Origin: Eledone cirrhosa
Taxonomy: Eukaryota
Assembly (NCBI GenBank): GCA_964016885.1
Contig: OZ024742.1
Coordinates: 150,288,001 to 150,352,000 of the forward strand
DNA: 64,000 nucleotides
Reading direction: 5' to 3'
The notes beneath the pieces were generated by a model that saw only the letters and a program-made list of their open reading frames with translations, was not told the origin of the DNA and did no database searches. The position numbers were made by a program, and so were the translations under genes. How positions within the stretch are numbered: the stretch's first letter is position 1; each line of letters opens with the position of its first letter. Positions 26,976 to 39,729 of this stretch are shown here, piece by piece.

Positions 26976-28088
26976 ACACACACACATACACACACAGTAA
27001 AGACATCCATAAATACTAGATAGTTAAGAAGTTTCGTATTCTATTATAGATATATATTCAGGAGCTCTAGAATCCACGAGTTGGGTATTTATATTTCCTG
27101 TAAACACTCCTTCACAATAATAGCTTATTCTTTCTATTTTCCCATCTCTGTATCATTTCTTTTACTCGTGATCACAATCAACATCGTTTCCATTTCCCAA
27201 GGACTAGGTGTTCTATTTTTATGAAGTAGATTTTCCATTAACTATCAACTCTTTCAGTCGTTTCCATATTAGCAATAAATATATGCTAGACCTCTTAATG
27301 TTGTTCACCTCGAACTCTTTTGTCTGATTGTTCTGCATAGGGCAGTTCACCCTTGTCTAAATCTTAATCATACATAATTATATCTTGTCAAGAGCGAATG
27401 CATAGTTTCGTCAAGTATTTAATCCCAAAGTTTTGAACTCTGTCAGAGGCAGAAAGCTTTTCAATTTTTTTAAAAATATTATCTTCCTTAAAAAAAATAG
27501 ACTCGGTTTTGCTTTTGTGCTCTACTCCCAGCTGCTGTTTGAAGTTTATAGCTCTTTTATGTTCCAATTTTTTTTTTTTTTTTTTTTTACACACATCTAA
27601 CATATTAATTTCTTGTTATTGATTGATACAGATCAGTTATTGGTATCATGTTTTTTCATTACTAATATATTCGCTGTAGGTATCTATTTCCCATGCCCAT
27701 CCCATGATTCTTTAAGTCGTTTCTTTTGTTACACCCCTAACACTTTTTGTCACAACTTTTATAATTTATAGTTTCTTTGTAAAGCTTCATAAAGCTTGTA
27801 GTTGACATTCTCTTTGTTGGAAACTGAGGCAACTGACTGGAAACAATAGGAGCAGGCCTATGGAAGGCGGAGATACACATAAAAGGAATCGAGTTATGTC
27901 GAACAAGGAAGACTGACACAAATAAAAAGAATAAGCTATACCGGATGAACAGGACAAGGAAATAAATAAAAGAATAAAAAACAAAAATTTTCTAAAGATC
28001 TTTTACATGCCCCGTCACTTTAATTTTTTACCACAGCTATGTTCCTTTTGTTATAGCTTTATATTTAACTCGTAATTATTATTATTAT

Positions 28089-28271
28089 TGGTGGATTGGC
28101 AGTATCGGTAGAGGGTCAGACACCATGCTTTGACACAGAGTTAAGACCCTTGCCAATCTGAGTTCAAATCCCGCCGAGGTTAACTTTGCCTTTCATCCTT
28201 ACTGGGTCGATAAAATAAAGTACCAGTAATGTACTGAGTAATTGCTGGCCTTGTGCCAAAAGTAGAAACAA
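28089..28271 (+). mobile_element. SINE family A, full length
   Basis: A/B boxes and core; sits in (ATT)n. Confidence 0.9.
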
Positions 28272-28555
28272 TTATTATTATTTATAAATGTACCTCCTCT
28301 GTTTATTTATGATGTTATATTTATATCTGTCAGTGTGGTATGCGAATCTTTTGGTTTTCGGTATTTGCGACGTGTTCTTCTTACCCGAGAATCAATCTAG
28401 CTTGCGCTATGTTTCGACTTGCTTTCTGAAACCATTTTATTAATTAGTTGCTAAATGATTTGATAAAATTATTAACAGGACCAAATTTACATATACAACA
28501 CCTGTTATCGAATCATTTGCCGTTTATCAACCCAACCCACTCATAAAAACCACTT

Positions 28556-28795
28556 TTGAAACAACTATTATGGAAGATCAAGTCAGTGTTCAAACAACTA
28601 TTATGGAATGTTTAAATAACTATTATAAAAGATCAAGTCAGTGTCGAAAAAATTACTATAGAGGATCAAGCCAGTTTTCAAGCAACTACTGTAGTGTTCA
28701 AGCAACTATCATGGAAGATCAAGTAACCAAATAATTGTAGTCTATAGGCGGAAATAGTCTATAGGCGGAATTAATTGTAGTCTATAGGCGGAAAT
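28556..28795. repeat. Degenerate minisatellite (aactattatggaagatcaagtcagtgttc unit) plus 3x tagtctataggcggaa
   Basis: Direct reading of the repeated units. Confidence 0.75.
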
Positions 28796-29815
28796 ATATT
28801 GATTTTTTTTAGTAAAGTGGCATCAGATTACAAGTTTAGTGACGAATGTAAATATGCTTGTGTGACAATCATGTTTTTCTTAAAGGGTTTTGTAAGTGGC
28901 GCATATGAACTGGCTTACATTGAGAAAATATAAAGTAATATAGATACCAAATATAGAAAACATTTTGACGCAGAGATATTAAAATAAAACGGTCAACCGC
29001 TGAGAGTAAAGAATAATTATAATATAGCAGACAACACGATATATTTTGAAAAAGACACACACAGCCAATTATTTAAGAAAGTAGTAATGACAGAAAGTAC
29101 GATTTCACAGATACGATTGTTGAAGACAATCAAGAAAAATAACAGGTGCTTAGCACGATAAGAGGGGAATACAAGTTTAAAGATACCAAAGAAAGGCTTC
29201 CAGAGTGAGAGAACAATACTTAAAGCTACCAATTAGTAATAAAAAATCTGAAAACATAACAACACAAAATCCAATTATAGATGTAACATTGTATAACGTA
29301 AGAACTTCGGTAATTAGGAAAAATGGTGTATGCTGAATTAATTATTCGTCATGTATAAATCTGTACAAACTATTTCTACCCCCCCCCCCCCCCCACACAC
29401 ACACACATATTGTACAGTGCTTTGGTTTTTTTAAAAATATATTTACTGTTTTCCTGAGCAGAATTTAAAAAGGTGTAAACGATTCAATGAGAAAACACTG
29501 AGTCCTACGAATCTTCGAAGTGCTTTCCCTTAAATAAGTATCTTTATACCACCAAATCATTCACAGAATGTTTACATGCATAGAATACAAATAACTTAAT
29601 ATGTTCTGCATAGCAGTAGACGACATAGAAACCACTCCTCTACTGGTTTGGACATGCTTCCAAGACGCCTATTTCTAACGTAATAAAGGAATTCTTTTAA
29701 AATGTAGCATTTGCTAGAATTTTGCTTTCAACAAAACTCAATTTAGAGGCAGAGGCGTCTGATATGTATGTGAGTCACCCCACCACCCCAACCACAAATA
29801 ATAATAATAATAATT

Positions 29816-30600
29816 ATCTAATTGGCACAAGGATAAAGGACGAAGGGCATATTACAAGGACAAGCTACATATAGTTTGGGAGGTTATATGCATATCGGAT
29901 GATAGGTGACAAAAATGTATAAAGGACTCCCTGATACAGAACTTCCAAATAGGGACACATCCAGTCACCCCGAACGTCAAGGGTATGTGCTCTCTCTAAG
30001 AAAAAAGGAACTCCTTTTCAGACCTACAGGTTCATGCTGAAAAAAAACCATTTACTGTTGCCATTTTCGCCACCTTTTAAAGAAATCACTAGTGACGAGT
30101 ACCTCCACCATCATGTTTTTAATTTCCATTTGAAAGAGGAAGATAAGGGATTGGTTGAAGGCGAAGATGGCAGTCCTGGTCCTCATAGATTCGTTACCAT
30201 ATCACCTCTCTCGCCTTGGCCACCAGACTGATTCCCGTTCCCTGTTAAAGGTGGATGGTGATGTGATACTCACTATGGACTCGGCCGATAGTCGGATCCG
30301 CCCCAAGAACATCGCCAGGCTTTGGTGCTCAGGAGTGGTGGGGCTACAGAATATTCTGCGTGGACACCAATTCGCAATAATTCTAAAGCAGAGTTTCAAA
30401 ATAATCTTAAATCAAAATACCTTAAACTTTCTAAATCTGAATATGCACCACTGAAAAGTAGGGTTGAAAGGCAGTACCATCCAGTGGCCCACACACTCGA
30501 CGGCGGGCCCGATTTGTCGTACACGTGACTGCAGCTGTTCAATATAACTCCACAAGTTAGTAATGCGCAAGCACCCAACGAGTGTGTGCAGCATAGTTAC
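29816..30600 (-). mobile_element. Tx1-like LINE 3' fragment, degenerate
   Basis: MLHTLVGCLRITNLWSYIEQLQSRV matches YALVQCPSIADLWSYVEQLLSRV of the 1374-1757 ORF; adjoins (TAA)n. Confidence 0.8.
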
Positions 30601-30987
30601 GACGCTCTGATGTGGAATTGCTGCAAAATTATTATCATCCCAAGTTTAATAGTAACCTTAGGGCATATAATAAGCCAGCAGTAGTACCCGACGTCGCCCG
30701 GATACACAGAAAAAGGTGTCCTATTTTTTTGTAAAACTTAAATGTTTAAGTTTATATATGCGTTAAATAACCAAAGTATATGATAAGTTATATGCAGAAT
30801 AGAAGTAACCTTGACTGCGAAATGTGTATTTAGATTTACACATTTTCAGTATATAGACTTGCAAACATGACATATAAAAGTATTTCCCTGTAAATTGAAG
30901 AAAATAATAAAGATTCGGCTACTTTGGCAGTCCCTAAATCTGCTTATAAATGAAACCTCTAAACTGGAAATATATGCTATTCATTAT

Positions 30988-31163
30988 AATTGTTTCTACT
31001 TTTGGCACAAGGTCAGCAATTACCCAGTACATTACTGGTATTTTTATTTTATCGACCCAGTAAGGATGAAAGGCAAAGTTAACCTCGGCGGGATTTGAAC
31101 TCAGATCGTAAAGGGACGTAATGATGCTGGAAAGCATGTCCGACCCTCTACCGATACTGCCAA
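30988..31163 (-). mobile_element. SINE family A
   Basis: Homology to 5985-6170. Confidence 0.88.
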
Positions 31164-31596
31164 ATGACTAGCAATTCCTGTATATCAAAGGCTGTGAAAA
31201 AGAAACAATTGAGGTTGCTAGAAGATTTTTGTAAATTCTCGTAGCTTCTAATCAAAACTTTCATACTCATTGGTAGATTGAAAGACCCCCAATCATATCC
31301 TTTTTTTTAATCTTTTGTCTCTTCCAGTCGACTGGCTGAGGCCATGCTGGGTCACCACGATTTAAAAAAATATATTGCACTGAAGCAACAGAGCAATGCT
31401 CATGTGTGTTAGGAAGATCAACATCTCTTCCGTTCTTGTTAAGATGAGTGCTAACCAACTCTACATTTTTTGCAATACCTTATATATTTAAAACAAAATG
31501 GATATCATTTTAGTGTAGTCGTCGTTTCCCCTATACGTCTATCCTTGCTCTCTCAGTCATCACCTTAATAACCGATCACATTATTTCTTCTAACAA

Positions 31597-31712
31597 CTGA
31601 GTTCAAATCCCTCCGAGGTTAACTTTGCCTTTCATCCTTATGGGGTCGTTAAAATAAAGTACCAGTAATTTACTGGGTAATTGCTGGCCATGTGCCAAAA
31701 GTAGAAACAATT
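31597..31712 (+). mobile_element. SINE family A, 5'-truncated, TSD attatttcttctaacaac
   Basis: Homology and duplicated flanks. Confidence 0.88.
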
Positions 31713-33314
31713 ATTTCTTCTAACAACCCCAGTTACTACTGTCTCACAGCCCCAGATATGAAAGAACTGTTAGCTGTCATAAGGATTTTTCCTTTCTCTC
31801 GCTATCACTATTTCTTAATTATAAGGGGTATTAGATATTTTTCTCAGTATGTCATGACTTACGAGCTCTACACGGACATCTAAATAAATAAATAAATTAA
31901 TAATGAAGAACTATGTCCTGAACCAAGAGTGCAATTTCCAGCTAAAATCATTTTACTTCACACGAGGTGGCTAATATTCTAGGGAAAAGTACGTGTGTCT
32001 GAAATCTGTTGCTTTACGCTTAATAAATCAATATTTATCTATGCAAGAGGTGTGTGTTTCTAAGTATCAACCTAGTGGCGAATTAATTGTATTAACAGGA
32101 GTATCTATACGTGGGAGTGTGAGAGAGTGAGTGAGTGAGAGTGAGTGAGAGAGAGTGAGTGAGTGAGTGAGAGAGAGTGAGTGAGTGAGTGAGAGAATGT
32201 TTAACATTGACTAAGGTTTGGCACTAACGTAAAACGAGAGAAGGGCGCAACTAGAATATGATAACGATTCGTATCAAGTGGACAATATATTTGGACAGCT
32301 TTAGGAAGGAAAATAGCTTTTTATTGACATTCAGATATTTTTAAGGGACTCTTTAGAATTATAAAATAAAAGGGAGCGCAAATACATTTACTTTAATCTC
32401 CTACCCCCTCCTCTCTCTATCTGGGTATAAGTAAATGTTTACAATTAAATGTGTACCCTAGAAAGTGTATGCGCCGTCGTTGTTGTTGTAGTTTAGTTTC
32501 CGATCGTCAGTAATATCCTAGCCTTGCATATCCTGTCATTTTTAGGGTCTTTACCTTTTTTAATGAGCAAATATACATTTGTTCTTAATGTGGTCCTTTT
32601 TTTAAAAAGAAAATAGGATGTGATTTGGCTACTATTTCTAGCAGGTCGAGTGTGCACATCACGTAGGAGCTCCTTTGTTGACTTGTGTGTGTGTATGTAA
32701 GAATTACCGGAATAATGGGTTTGGTATATAACTACATTTGTAACATTCTTTTAAATCTATGCACTGAATTACGTATTGTAAAGCAAACAAATGAGGGAAG
32801 TCTAGTATTAGTTACTACAAATAACACGATCCTGCTTATTATTGGTGTTCGTATTTTTGTTAATCCTATTACACCAGTTAGGCGGCGAAATGGCAGTGTC
32901 TTTAGAACTTTCTTTTCACTGAGTTCAAATCCCGCCGAAGTTAACTTTGTCTTTCATCATTTTGATGTCGATAAAAAAGTACCAGTTTAGTACTAGTGTC
33001 GATTCTTTCTCTGTATCTCTTTCTCATTTCCTCTCTCTCATTTTCTATCCTTCTCTAGAAGAAATCTACTTTATTCTGACTTGGAGAGGGATGAATCCAG
33101 TCAGGCTTAAAATGCCCGAGAAACGCCATTACAGCGCCTCTACGACTCCATCAAGAGTTACAGGACCATACATGTATGCATTACACCAGTTAAGTAGAGG
33201 GTGAATATATTTAATGCAAAGAAGAAAAAAAAAATCTTATTAACAATACTAACGGCATGGGAAGAAAAGTACACTAGCTCAATAACTATTATTTTGGGAG
33301 GGTATGGAAGACAG

Positions 33315-33356
33315 TTTAGGCATGTTTCGGTCTCATTAGACTAACTCATCAAAACA
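33315..33356 (-). ncRNA. Degenerate hammerhead motif (Penelope pLTR-like)
   Basis: gttt-TGATGA-gttagtctaatgagacc-GAAACATG-cctaaac; the core is mutated. Confidence 0.35.
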
Positions 33357-33559
33357 AACTTTATCTTATTGTTGAAATTCGAGTCAGCTCTCACTGTCAT
33401 AGTTGGCGATGGTCTCCCCCCCCCCCCCGATATATAGGTTAACAACGCAATTGCTATAATACCTAGTGTACCTCAGTTTCCTTGGAAATCAATTTTTTCT
33501 TGAACTAACATTATCTCGCTTGTCTCCAGTATGCCTCACAACCAAACAAAGTCGCATGG

Positions 33560-34200
33560 TTCAATTCGGTGCTCTTTTCATCAACCGGCACCGTTCATGA
33601 TGATGAGTGCACCCGCCCCGCATCAGTGTGATCCAGTATCTTATCCTCCACATGTGTGAGCAACACAAGTATAGTTGTGAATCTATGGTCAACGAGTTCG
33701 AACTACATCAGGTTTCTTGTCACCACAGTTCAAGTCGGTTCCCTCGACACACCATCTTGACCATCATCATCAGAGAGAACCTTGAAGTGATCGGTTTCCC
33801 CGCCATAACTGAGCCTGTCAACCTAGATTGTGGTTTCCTGTTCGAGGGGCTATGTCACTGATATTGGATACCATATTTTGCGGCATGTACTCCGTGTCCA
33901 GTCTCGTTACTTCGGCTACAAACCCATAATACAAAGAAGTGGAAGATAACCAATTGCCGGGCATTGAATGATCACTTCCTTTTTGTGCTGGATGCCACAG
34001 AGCACCCACCCCCGTATCCTAGGTCTGCGGACTGCTGTTTTCCTTTGCAAAATCGTGAGGAGTGCAACACGCTTAATGAAGGAACCCCGTGAGATGGAAT
34101 GGCAGATGCAACAAATATCGCTGGCTGTTCTTCGCGACAATGCTTTCCCTATATGTATAAAACCCATAGAGCAAATATTTATTATTAATACAAATTAAAA
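33560..34200 (+). mobile_element. CRE-clade non-LTR retrotransposon 3' fragment (zinc finger and RLE), degenerate
   Basis: ELHQVSC...SSRFPRH.IL.IIIRENL...GFPAITEP..L and EPREMEWQMQQISLAVLRDNAF resemble CRE C-terminal motifs (GLHGLSC..GR..RH; QRLSLAV.RGNA). Confidence 0.7.
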
Positions 34201-34426
34201 GTTGAAGTAAAACATTACTGCTTTCACCCTAAGCGGGATCAGCGGAAACATTCAGATGATCTCGCTTAGTTTGAAAGCAGAAATGTTTAGCTTAAACATT
34301 TAATCTGTACGCGAATTTATTCTTTGAATATTTTCTTTGAGCTTATTTTGGGAGACAAGACACATGTTCGCGATTATCTCAAACATGACATCTATAACTT
34401 TGAATGTAATATATGTATGTATATAT

Positions 34427-34826
34427 ATATTGTTATACTTTGGGAGGGTCATGTTGCCAATAAGAAACACACGCACCAGTTGCTTTCACTTCAATTTATT
34501 ATATATTTATAAATTTATAAATTTCTGGTTGGTTGGTTGGTTCCACAACCAGATAGTTGTTTATATATAGTCATAGTTCTTTCGTCACACACTCTGTGAC
34601 CTCTTCAGTGACTGGGGATTCCTTTCTTTGTTTCTGTGCCTCTCCTTTGTTCTGTCCTACGCCATTTTGTTTCTGTGTGTGTAAACAACTATCTGGTTGT
34701 GGAACCAAACAACCAACCAGAAATTTATAAATTTATAAATTTATAAATATATAATAAATTGAAGTGAAAGCAACTGGTGCGTGTGTTTCTTATTGGCAAC
34801 ATGACCCTCCCAAAGTATAACAATAT
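34427..34826. repeat. Inverted repeat (arms ~34427-34563 and 34682-34826) with a hammerhead in the spacer
   Basis: Near-perfect ~140-bp arms; homologous to the Penelope 3' end at 59508-60420. Confidence 0.9.
34569..34613 (-). ncRNA. Minimal type I hammerhead ribozyme motif
   Basis: agtca-CTGAAGA-g gtcaca gagtg tgtgac-GAAA-gaac-TA-tgact. Confidence 0.75.
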
Positions 34827-35299
34827 CGGTTTCAACACACGATTTCAGATAAAGAATCTTGCTAAACAAATTCAGAAACGAAATATATATATATATATAT
34901 ATATAAACATATATGAATATACTTAATACATATATCTGTCTTTTTGTATAGCCTGTTCAATTACGTTTTCATAAATCATATTTATTATATAAATTGCTTA
35001 TATGCACTAGATGTCTTTTATAAATAAATATTGGTAATCCTTCGTTTAAAGATCATACAACAGCTTTCTGTTGTTTCCCTAAATTGAAGGTGACGTGTTT
35101 TTCGTTTTGTTTGTTTTTCACATAATCGTTAACTGCAAAATATATGTTATTAAGATAGTTGCGAGAAACACAGCCAGGTGGCGGTTCTCCACTGTAATTA
35201 TGTCATCGTATATATACCTATATATTTATCCCTCCCTTTCTCTCCTTTCTATCTATATCTGCCTCTTTATCACTATATACATACATATATATATAGAGA

Positions 35300-35360
35300 G
35301 AGGGTGTCCCCCAAAAATTACAATGCTGTTGAATTGTGTATATATTTTTGGGGGACACAT

Positions 35361-35364
<4 letters not shown>
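35300..35364. mobile_element. Tiny Tc1/mariner-type MITE relic
   Basis: TIR pair gtgtcccccaaaaat / atttttgggggacac in a TA context. Confidence 0.55.
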
Positions 35365-35410
<46 letters not shown>

Positions 35411-35470
35411 CACCCATGTACTTATGTAACGACAAATACTGCCACTTTAAGATAAATGAGTTCATGCTTG

Positions 35471-35512
<42 letters not shown>

Positions 35513-35715
35513 TATGTACACGTAAATTCATATATGTATACAGACGTACAGTAGTATGTATATATATATACATACATGTACACATATATATATATGTACG
35601 TATGGATTCACCGAAAATTTATTATAATGCTCGGTGTGTTTGTAAACAAACATCCCGTATTAAGCCGTAGTGTCTAGCAACCATCGTTGCTCGTTTGTTC
35701 GACACTGACACAGGA

Positions 35716-35758
35716 ACGCTGTACTAGTTTCAAGCTTATTAGCTATCGTCAGCAACGT
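35716..35758 (-). ncRNA. Minimal type I hammerhead ribozyme motif
   Basis: acgttg-CTGACGA-t agct aata agct t-GAAA-ctag-TA-cagcgt; palindromic stem III ACTAGT. Confidence 0.82.
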
Positions 35759-35896
35759 ATACCTTCCTGCCAGATTGTTGAACATATATACTTACCTTAT
35801 GCATATTAACGACCCACTCGATATGCAAATTGGGCTACTCAGCCGTTAATATGCATAAGGTAAGTATATACGTTCAACAATCTGGCAGGAAGTTGT

Positions 35897-35939
35897 ACGT
35901 TGCTGACGATAGCTAATAAGCTTGAAACTAGTACAGGGT
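35897..35939 (+). ncRNA. Minimal type I hammerhead ribozyme motif
   Basis: Same as 35716-35758 with one stem I mismatch (cagggt). Confidence 0.75.
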
Positions 35940-36741
35940 TCCTGTGTCAGTGTTGAACAAACGAGCAACGATGGTTGTTAGACACTACAGTTTAATACGG
36001 GATGTTTGTTTACAAACACACCGAGCATTATAATAAATGTTCGGTGAATCCATACGTACATATATATATGTATGCATGTATATATATATATATACATACT
36101 TCTGTACGTCTGTATACATATATCTATGTACGTGTACATACTTATATTTAAGTAACAGCCGTTACTAAGAGTGGGAAATGAAATTTCGTTTCATTTTTTC
36201 CGTTTATATAAATATATATATATATTTGATAACTTATAACATCACCCCACTCCCCTAACCACACGCCTTCCCTCATTCAACTTCCAGCTTTGTGGTTCCC
36301 TGTCCAACCCATGCCAGCATGGAAAATAGACGTAAAAACGTGATTTGATGATGATGATGATGATGATGATATATACATAGATACCCACCCACACACACAT
36401 CTAGAAATATATGCAAATATATATATATCAACCCCACCACAACCAGGTGGACTCCGATATGTATATGTATATATATATATATATATATATACGCAAGCAC
36501 ACATATCTGTTCTCGATTGTTGAGTGTCCGCGCACGCGTAGGTGCAGGCGTACGTATGTGTGCAGGAATTGTTTAGAAGTTTGCCACTTGTTTTGTGATG
36601 TTGCAGTACATAATGTTGAGCTATGCATTACCTTTTAGCAATCTAAACTATAATAAAGGAAGGTCTTCGGGACTGCGTACGGTATATTTATTTTTTATTC
36701 CGTTAGTAAAATAATTGTTTTTACTCCCCGTCAGTAAAATA

Positions 36742-36838
36742 ATTGTTTCTACTTTAGGCACAAGACCAGCAATTACCCAGTGCATTACTGGTACTTTATT
36801 TTATCGACCCCGTAAGGATGAAAGGCAAAGTCAACCTA
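36742..36838 (-). mobile_element. SINE family A 3' fragment
   Basis: Homology. Confidence 0.85.
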
Positions 36839-37066
36839 ATGAATGAATATTACATAATTTATCTACCAAATTTCGTAAACAAAAATAATTTCGTAAAAAT
36901 AAATAATTTAAAATTGACTTCTTTTCAAAGTTGCACTTCCGGTATATCGTTGCCACCACCACCGCCACTTCAACTACCATATATATATAGAAAGAGAGAG
37001 TGTGATGTCAAAACTTCCGGTGGCGATCACCTAAATAAACATACTAATTTTCTGTCATTAATTTTA

Positions 37067-37172
37067 TCCCGCCGAGGTTAACTTTGCCTTTCATCCTTAC
37101 GGGGTCGATAAAATAAAGTACCAGTAATGTACTGGGTAATTGCTGGCCCTTGTGCCAATAGTAGAAACAATT
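37067..37172 (+). mobile_element. SINE family A 3' fragment
   Basis: Homology. Confidence 0.85.
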
Positions 37173-37705
37173 AATTTTCTCCTAATGCAGTTTATATATA
37201 ATCTCTTTTTTTAATGTATCATGGATTACGTTACTGATTATATAAGACAGTGTAACAGTCTTCGTTCAATTTCTGTTTATATTGTCAATTACGATTTTAT
37301 TAGATGTATCATATCTACATGTATATATACTTGCGTATAATATCAATATACATACTACACATGCCAGCAGAAAACTACCCGAAGGGTGGTTTTTCTGCTA
37401 GTATCGTTAATTACAGAACATAATGGTTCTAGCAAAGAAGACAGAAATCTATCTTATATAACTTATTATCAAGAAGGACAGATTAATGTCTATACATATA
37501 TTTATCAAAATCTAACACTTAGTTCAAATATATCTAGGTAAAATCATTCGCCGCAGACGAGTGTTTCTACTCGCGTAAAATCACACGATTTGGAATACGA
37601 ATAATTAAAGTAGTTTTGTATGTTAACTGCACGTTTAAACATATCTATCAAAATGTTATTTTAAATAAGTAGCTTTAGCATTGATTGAAAGTATCCTTAA
37701 AATAT

Positions 37706-37890
37706 AATTGTTTCTACTTTTGGCTCAAGGTCAGCAATTACCCCAGTGCGTGACTGGTGCTTTATTTTAACCACCCCGTAAGGATGAAAGGCAAAGTTAA
37801 CCTCGGCGGGATTTGAACTCAGAACGTAAAGGGCCATAACTCTATACTGTAAAGCGTGGTGTCTGACGCTCTACCGATACTGTCAATCCA
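37706..37890 (-). mobile_element. SINE family A, full length, TSD atccttaaaatataatt
   Basis: Homology and duplicated flanks. Confidence 0.9.
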
Positions 37891-38129
37891 AATAATCCTT
37901 AAAATATAATATTCCAATGAAAGGGGAAAAATATGTTATTGACCAACAGTATTTTTTTTTGTTTGTTTTTGTTTTGTTTTTTTGTAGGTTCGGTAAAAAC
38001 TAAAACGTATATTCCATATGACGTCTTTCTATTACTAGATAATAGCTTCGACGATAATATTTTCTATACCTCTCTCCCCACACCCTAAAGATCCTGGTAT
38101 AGACCCAGAAAAATGTTATCTGGCCCGTC

Positions 38130-38640
38130 CCCACCATCCTCAAACTTCAAGATAAACCTAGGTTGGACATTAATGACGCTGTTTGATAAGCATTTTCCAT
38201 CAGAACACCGATGTAGTAAAATCTTTAGTAGATGTCCTATTAAGATCAGTGACGCATAGTTCTCTAATATAAAGCCCATTATGAAATCTAAATCCCAAAC
38301 CCAATATACGCAGAAAGAATTTTGAATGCTTTTTAGATCAGGCGTGTTAAACCAAGATAGTCATATGTGAGTAAAAGGTTACTTCACTCAAAGAGGAGAC
38401 TAAAAAATTATACAGGCTTAGATGAGTTTATATTTAAAGATAGGTTCTACAAACATGTAGACAAGAGAATCTCCATGAAATTAGCAAACTATATGTGGGC
38501 CTTGAAAGATAGATAGATAGGCTGTAATGTTAAATAGAGAGGGCTTAAGAACCCTGAGGCCTATATTAATGGATCCAAGAAATGTAGGGTGTGTACCACA
38601 GCAACGACTGAAAACCCCCATTGACTGCTTCAAAACCAGC
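38130..38640 (+). mobile_element. Degenerate Naiad-like Penelope fragment (linker and GIY-YIG)
   Basis: LFDKHFPSEHRCSKIFSR, FKDRFYKH, KLANYMWALKD and PYINGSKKCRVC align by eye with LEKNFPPNHKYHQILNR, FKTRFNTH and PYQNNRKECRLC of the 49164 ORF. Confidence 0.75.
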
Positions 38641-39541
38641 AATGAGAAATCATTAGTATTATTGTTGTTGTTATTACCATGTTGTACTATAAGATTAAGT
38701 GACTGTCTCTACACTACATCCTCCCATACTTGGGTAGACATAATCTGTCGTCTGATCTAACTCTACCACCTGGCCACGAGCTGTCTTTAACAGGATCCAC
38801 TCGGACCAAGTCTCTAATCTGAGGATAACATTCCCCCGTTCCTCTGACCTGTCTCAGATGGCCTCAAATGGATTATTTGTATTGTTTTGCCTCAGAATTC
38901 CATAGCACTAGAAACTCTATTGAACGAGCAAAGAAAAATTTAGAAGTAAGCTGGTTCCTGATATAGTTTCGAATCCTAATTAAATACTTAATTGAGACAT
39001 TAAAACCATTTGTAGCAAATTACGAGGAAGAAAACGTCCCATCTCCCCTTGTGTATCGAGTATTGAAATTCTAAGTAATAGTAATATGCTAGACACTATA
39101 CTGCGAACCATATATCTCCGTACCATAAGGATGAGAAAAGAATATGATCCATCTGAGTGGTCAGTAGCTCTGCTTTAGTACTGACGTGGTATGTGACGAA
39201 TCATCCAAACCTTGCTAGCAGGGAGAATGGGTGTATGTTTGTTTGTTTGTTCGTATGTATGCTTGTATGTATGTATGTATGTATGTATGTATGTATGTAT
39301 GTATGTATGTATGTATGTATGTATGTATGTATGTATGTATGTATGCATGCATGCATGCATGCGTGTATGTATGTATGTGCGCATGTATGTTCTGACAACA
39401 AATCCACTCATTTTTTCCCCTACAAGGTTTTATGGATCAACTTGGATTAATACGAACCACCATCAGGTTCTTTGGATTCAGGATCTTACTTGAGGCTTAT
39501 TTTATCACAATCAGAAGGATGAAATGTAATAGACATTATCA

Positions 39542-39729
39542 GGTGGATTGGCAGTATCGGTAGAGGGTCGGACGCCATGCTTTGACGCATAGAGTTACGG
39601 CCCTTGCCATTCTGCGTTCAAATCCCGCCGAGGTTAACTTTGCCTTTCATCCTTACGGGGGTCGATAAAATAAAGTACCAGTAATGCGCTGGGTAATTGC
39701 TGGCCTTGTGCCAAAAAGTAGAAACAATT
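39542..39729 (+). mobile_element. SINE family A, full length, TSD attatcag
   Basis: A/B boxes, core and duplicated flanks. Confidence 0.9.

Larger units (their letters stand above)
35507..36146. repeat. Long inverted repeat (~305-bp arms 35507-35811 and 35844-36146, 32-nt spacer) with a hammerhead in each arm
   Basis: The arms are highly similar reverse complements; the left end abuts (TA)n. Confidence 0.95.

Noticed and set aside
27250-27980. Possible Penelope GIY-YIG remnants (EHKRAI on minus, ...MSNKED on plus)
   Set aside because: Too degenerate to support by eye.
28556-28795. CRISPR-like repeat spacing
   Set aside because: Degenerate tandem units without unique spacers, no cas genes, eukaryotic context.
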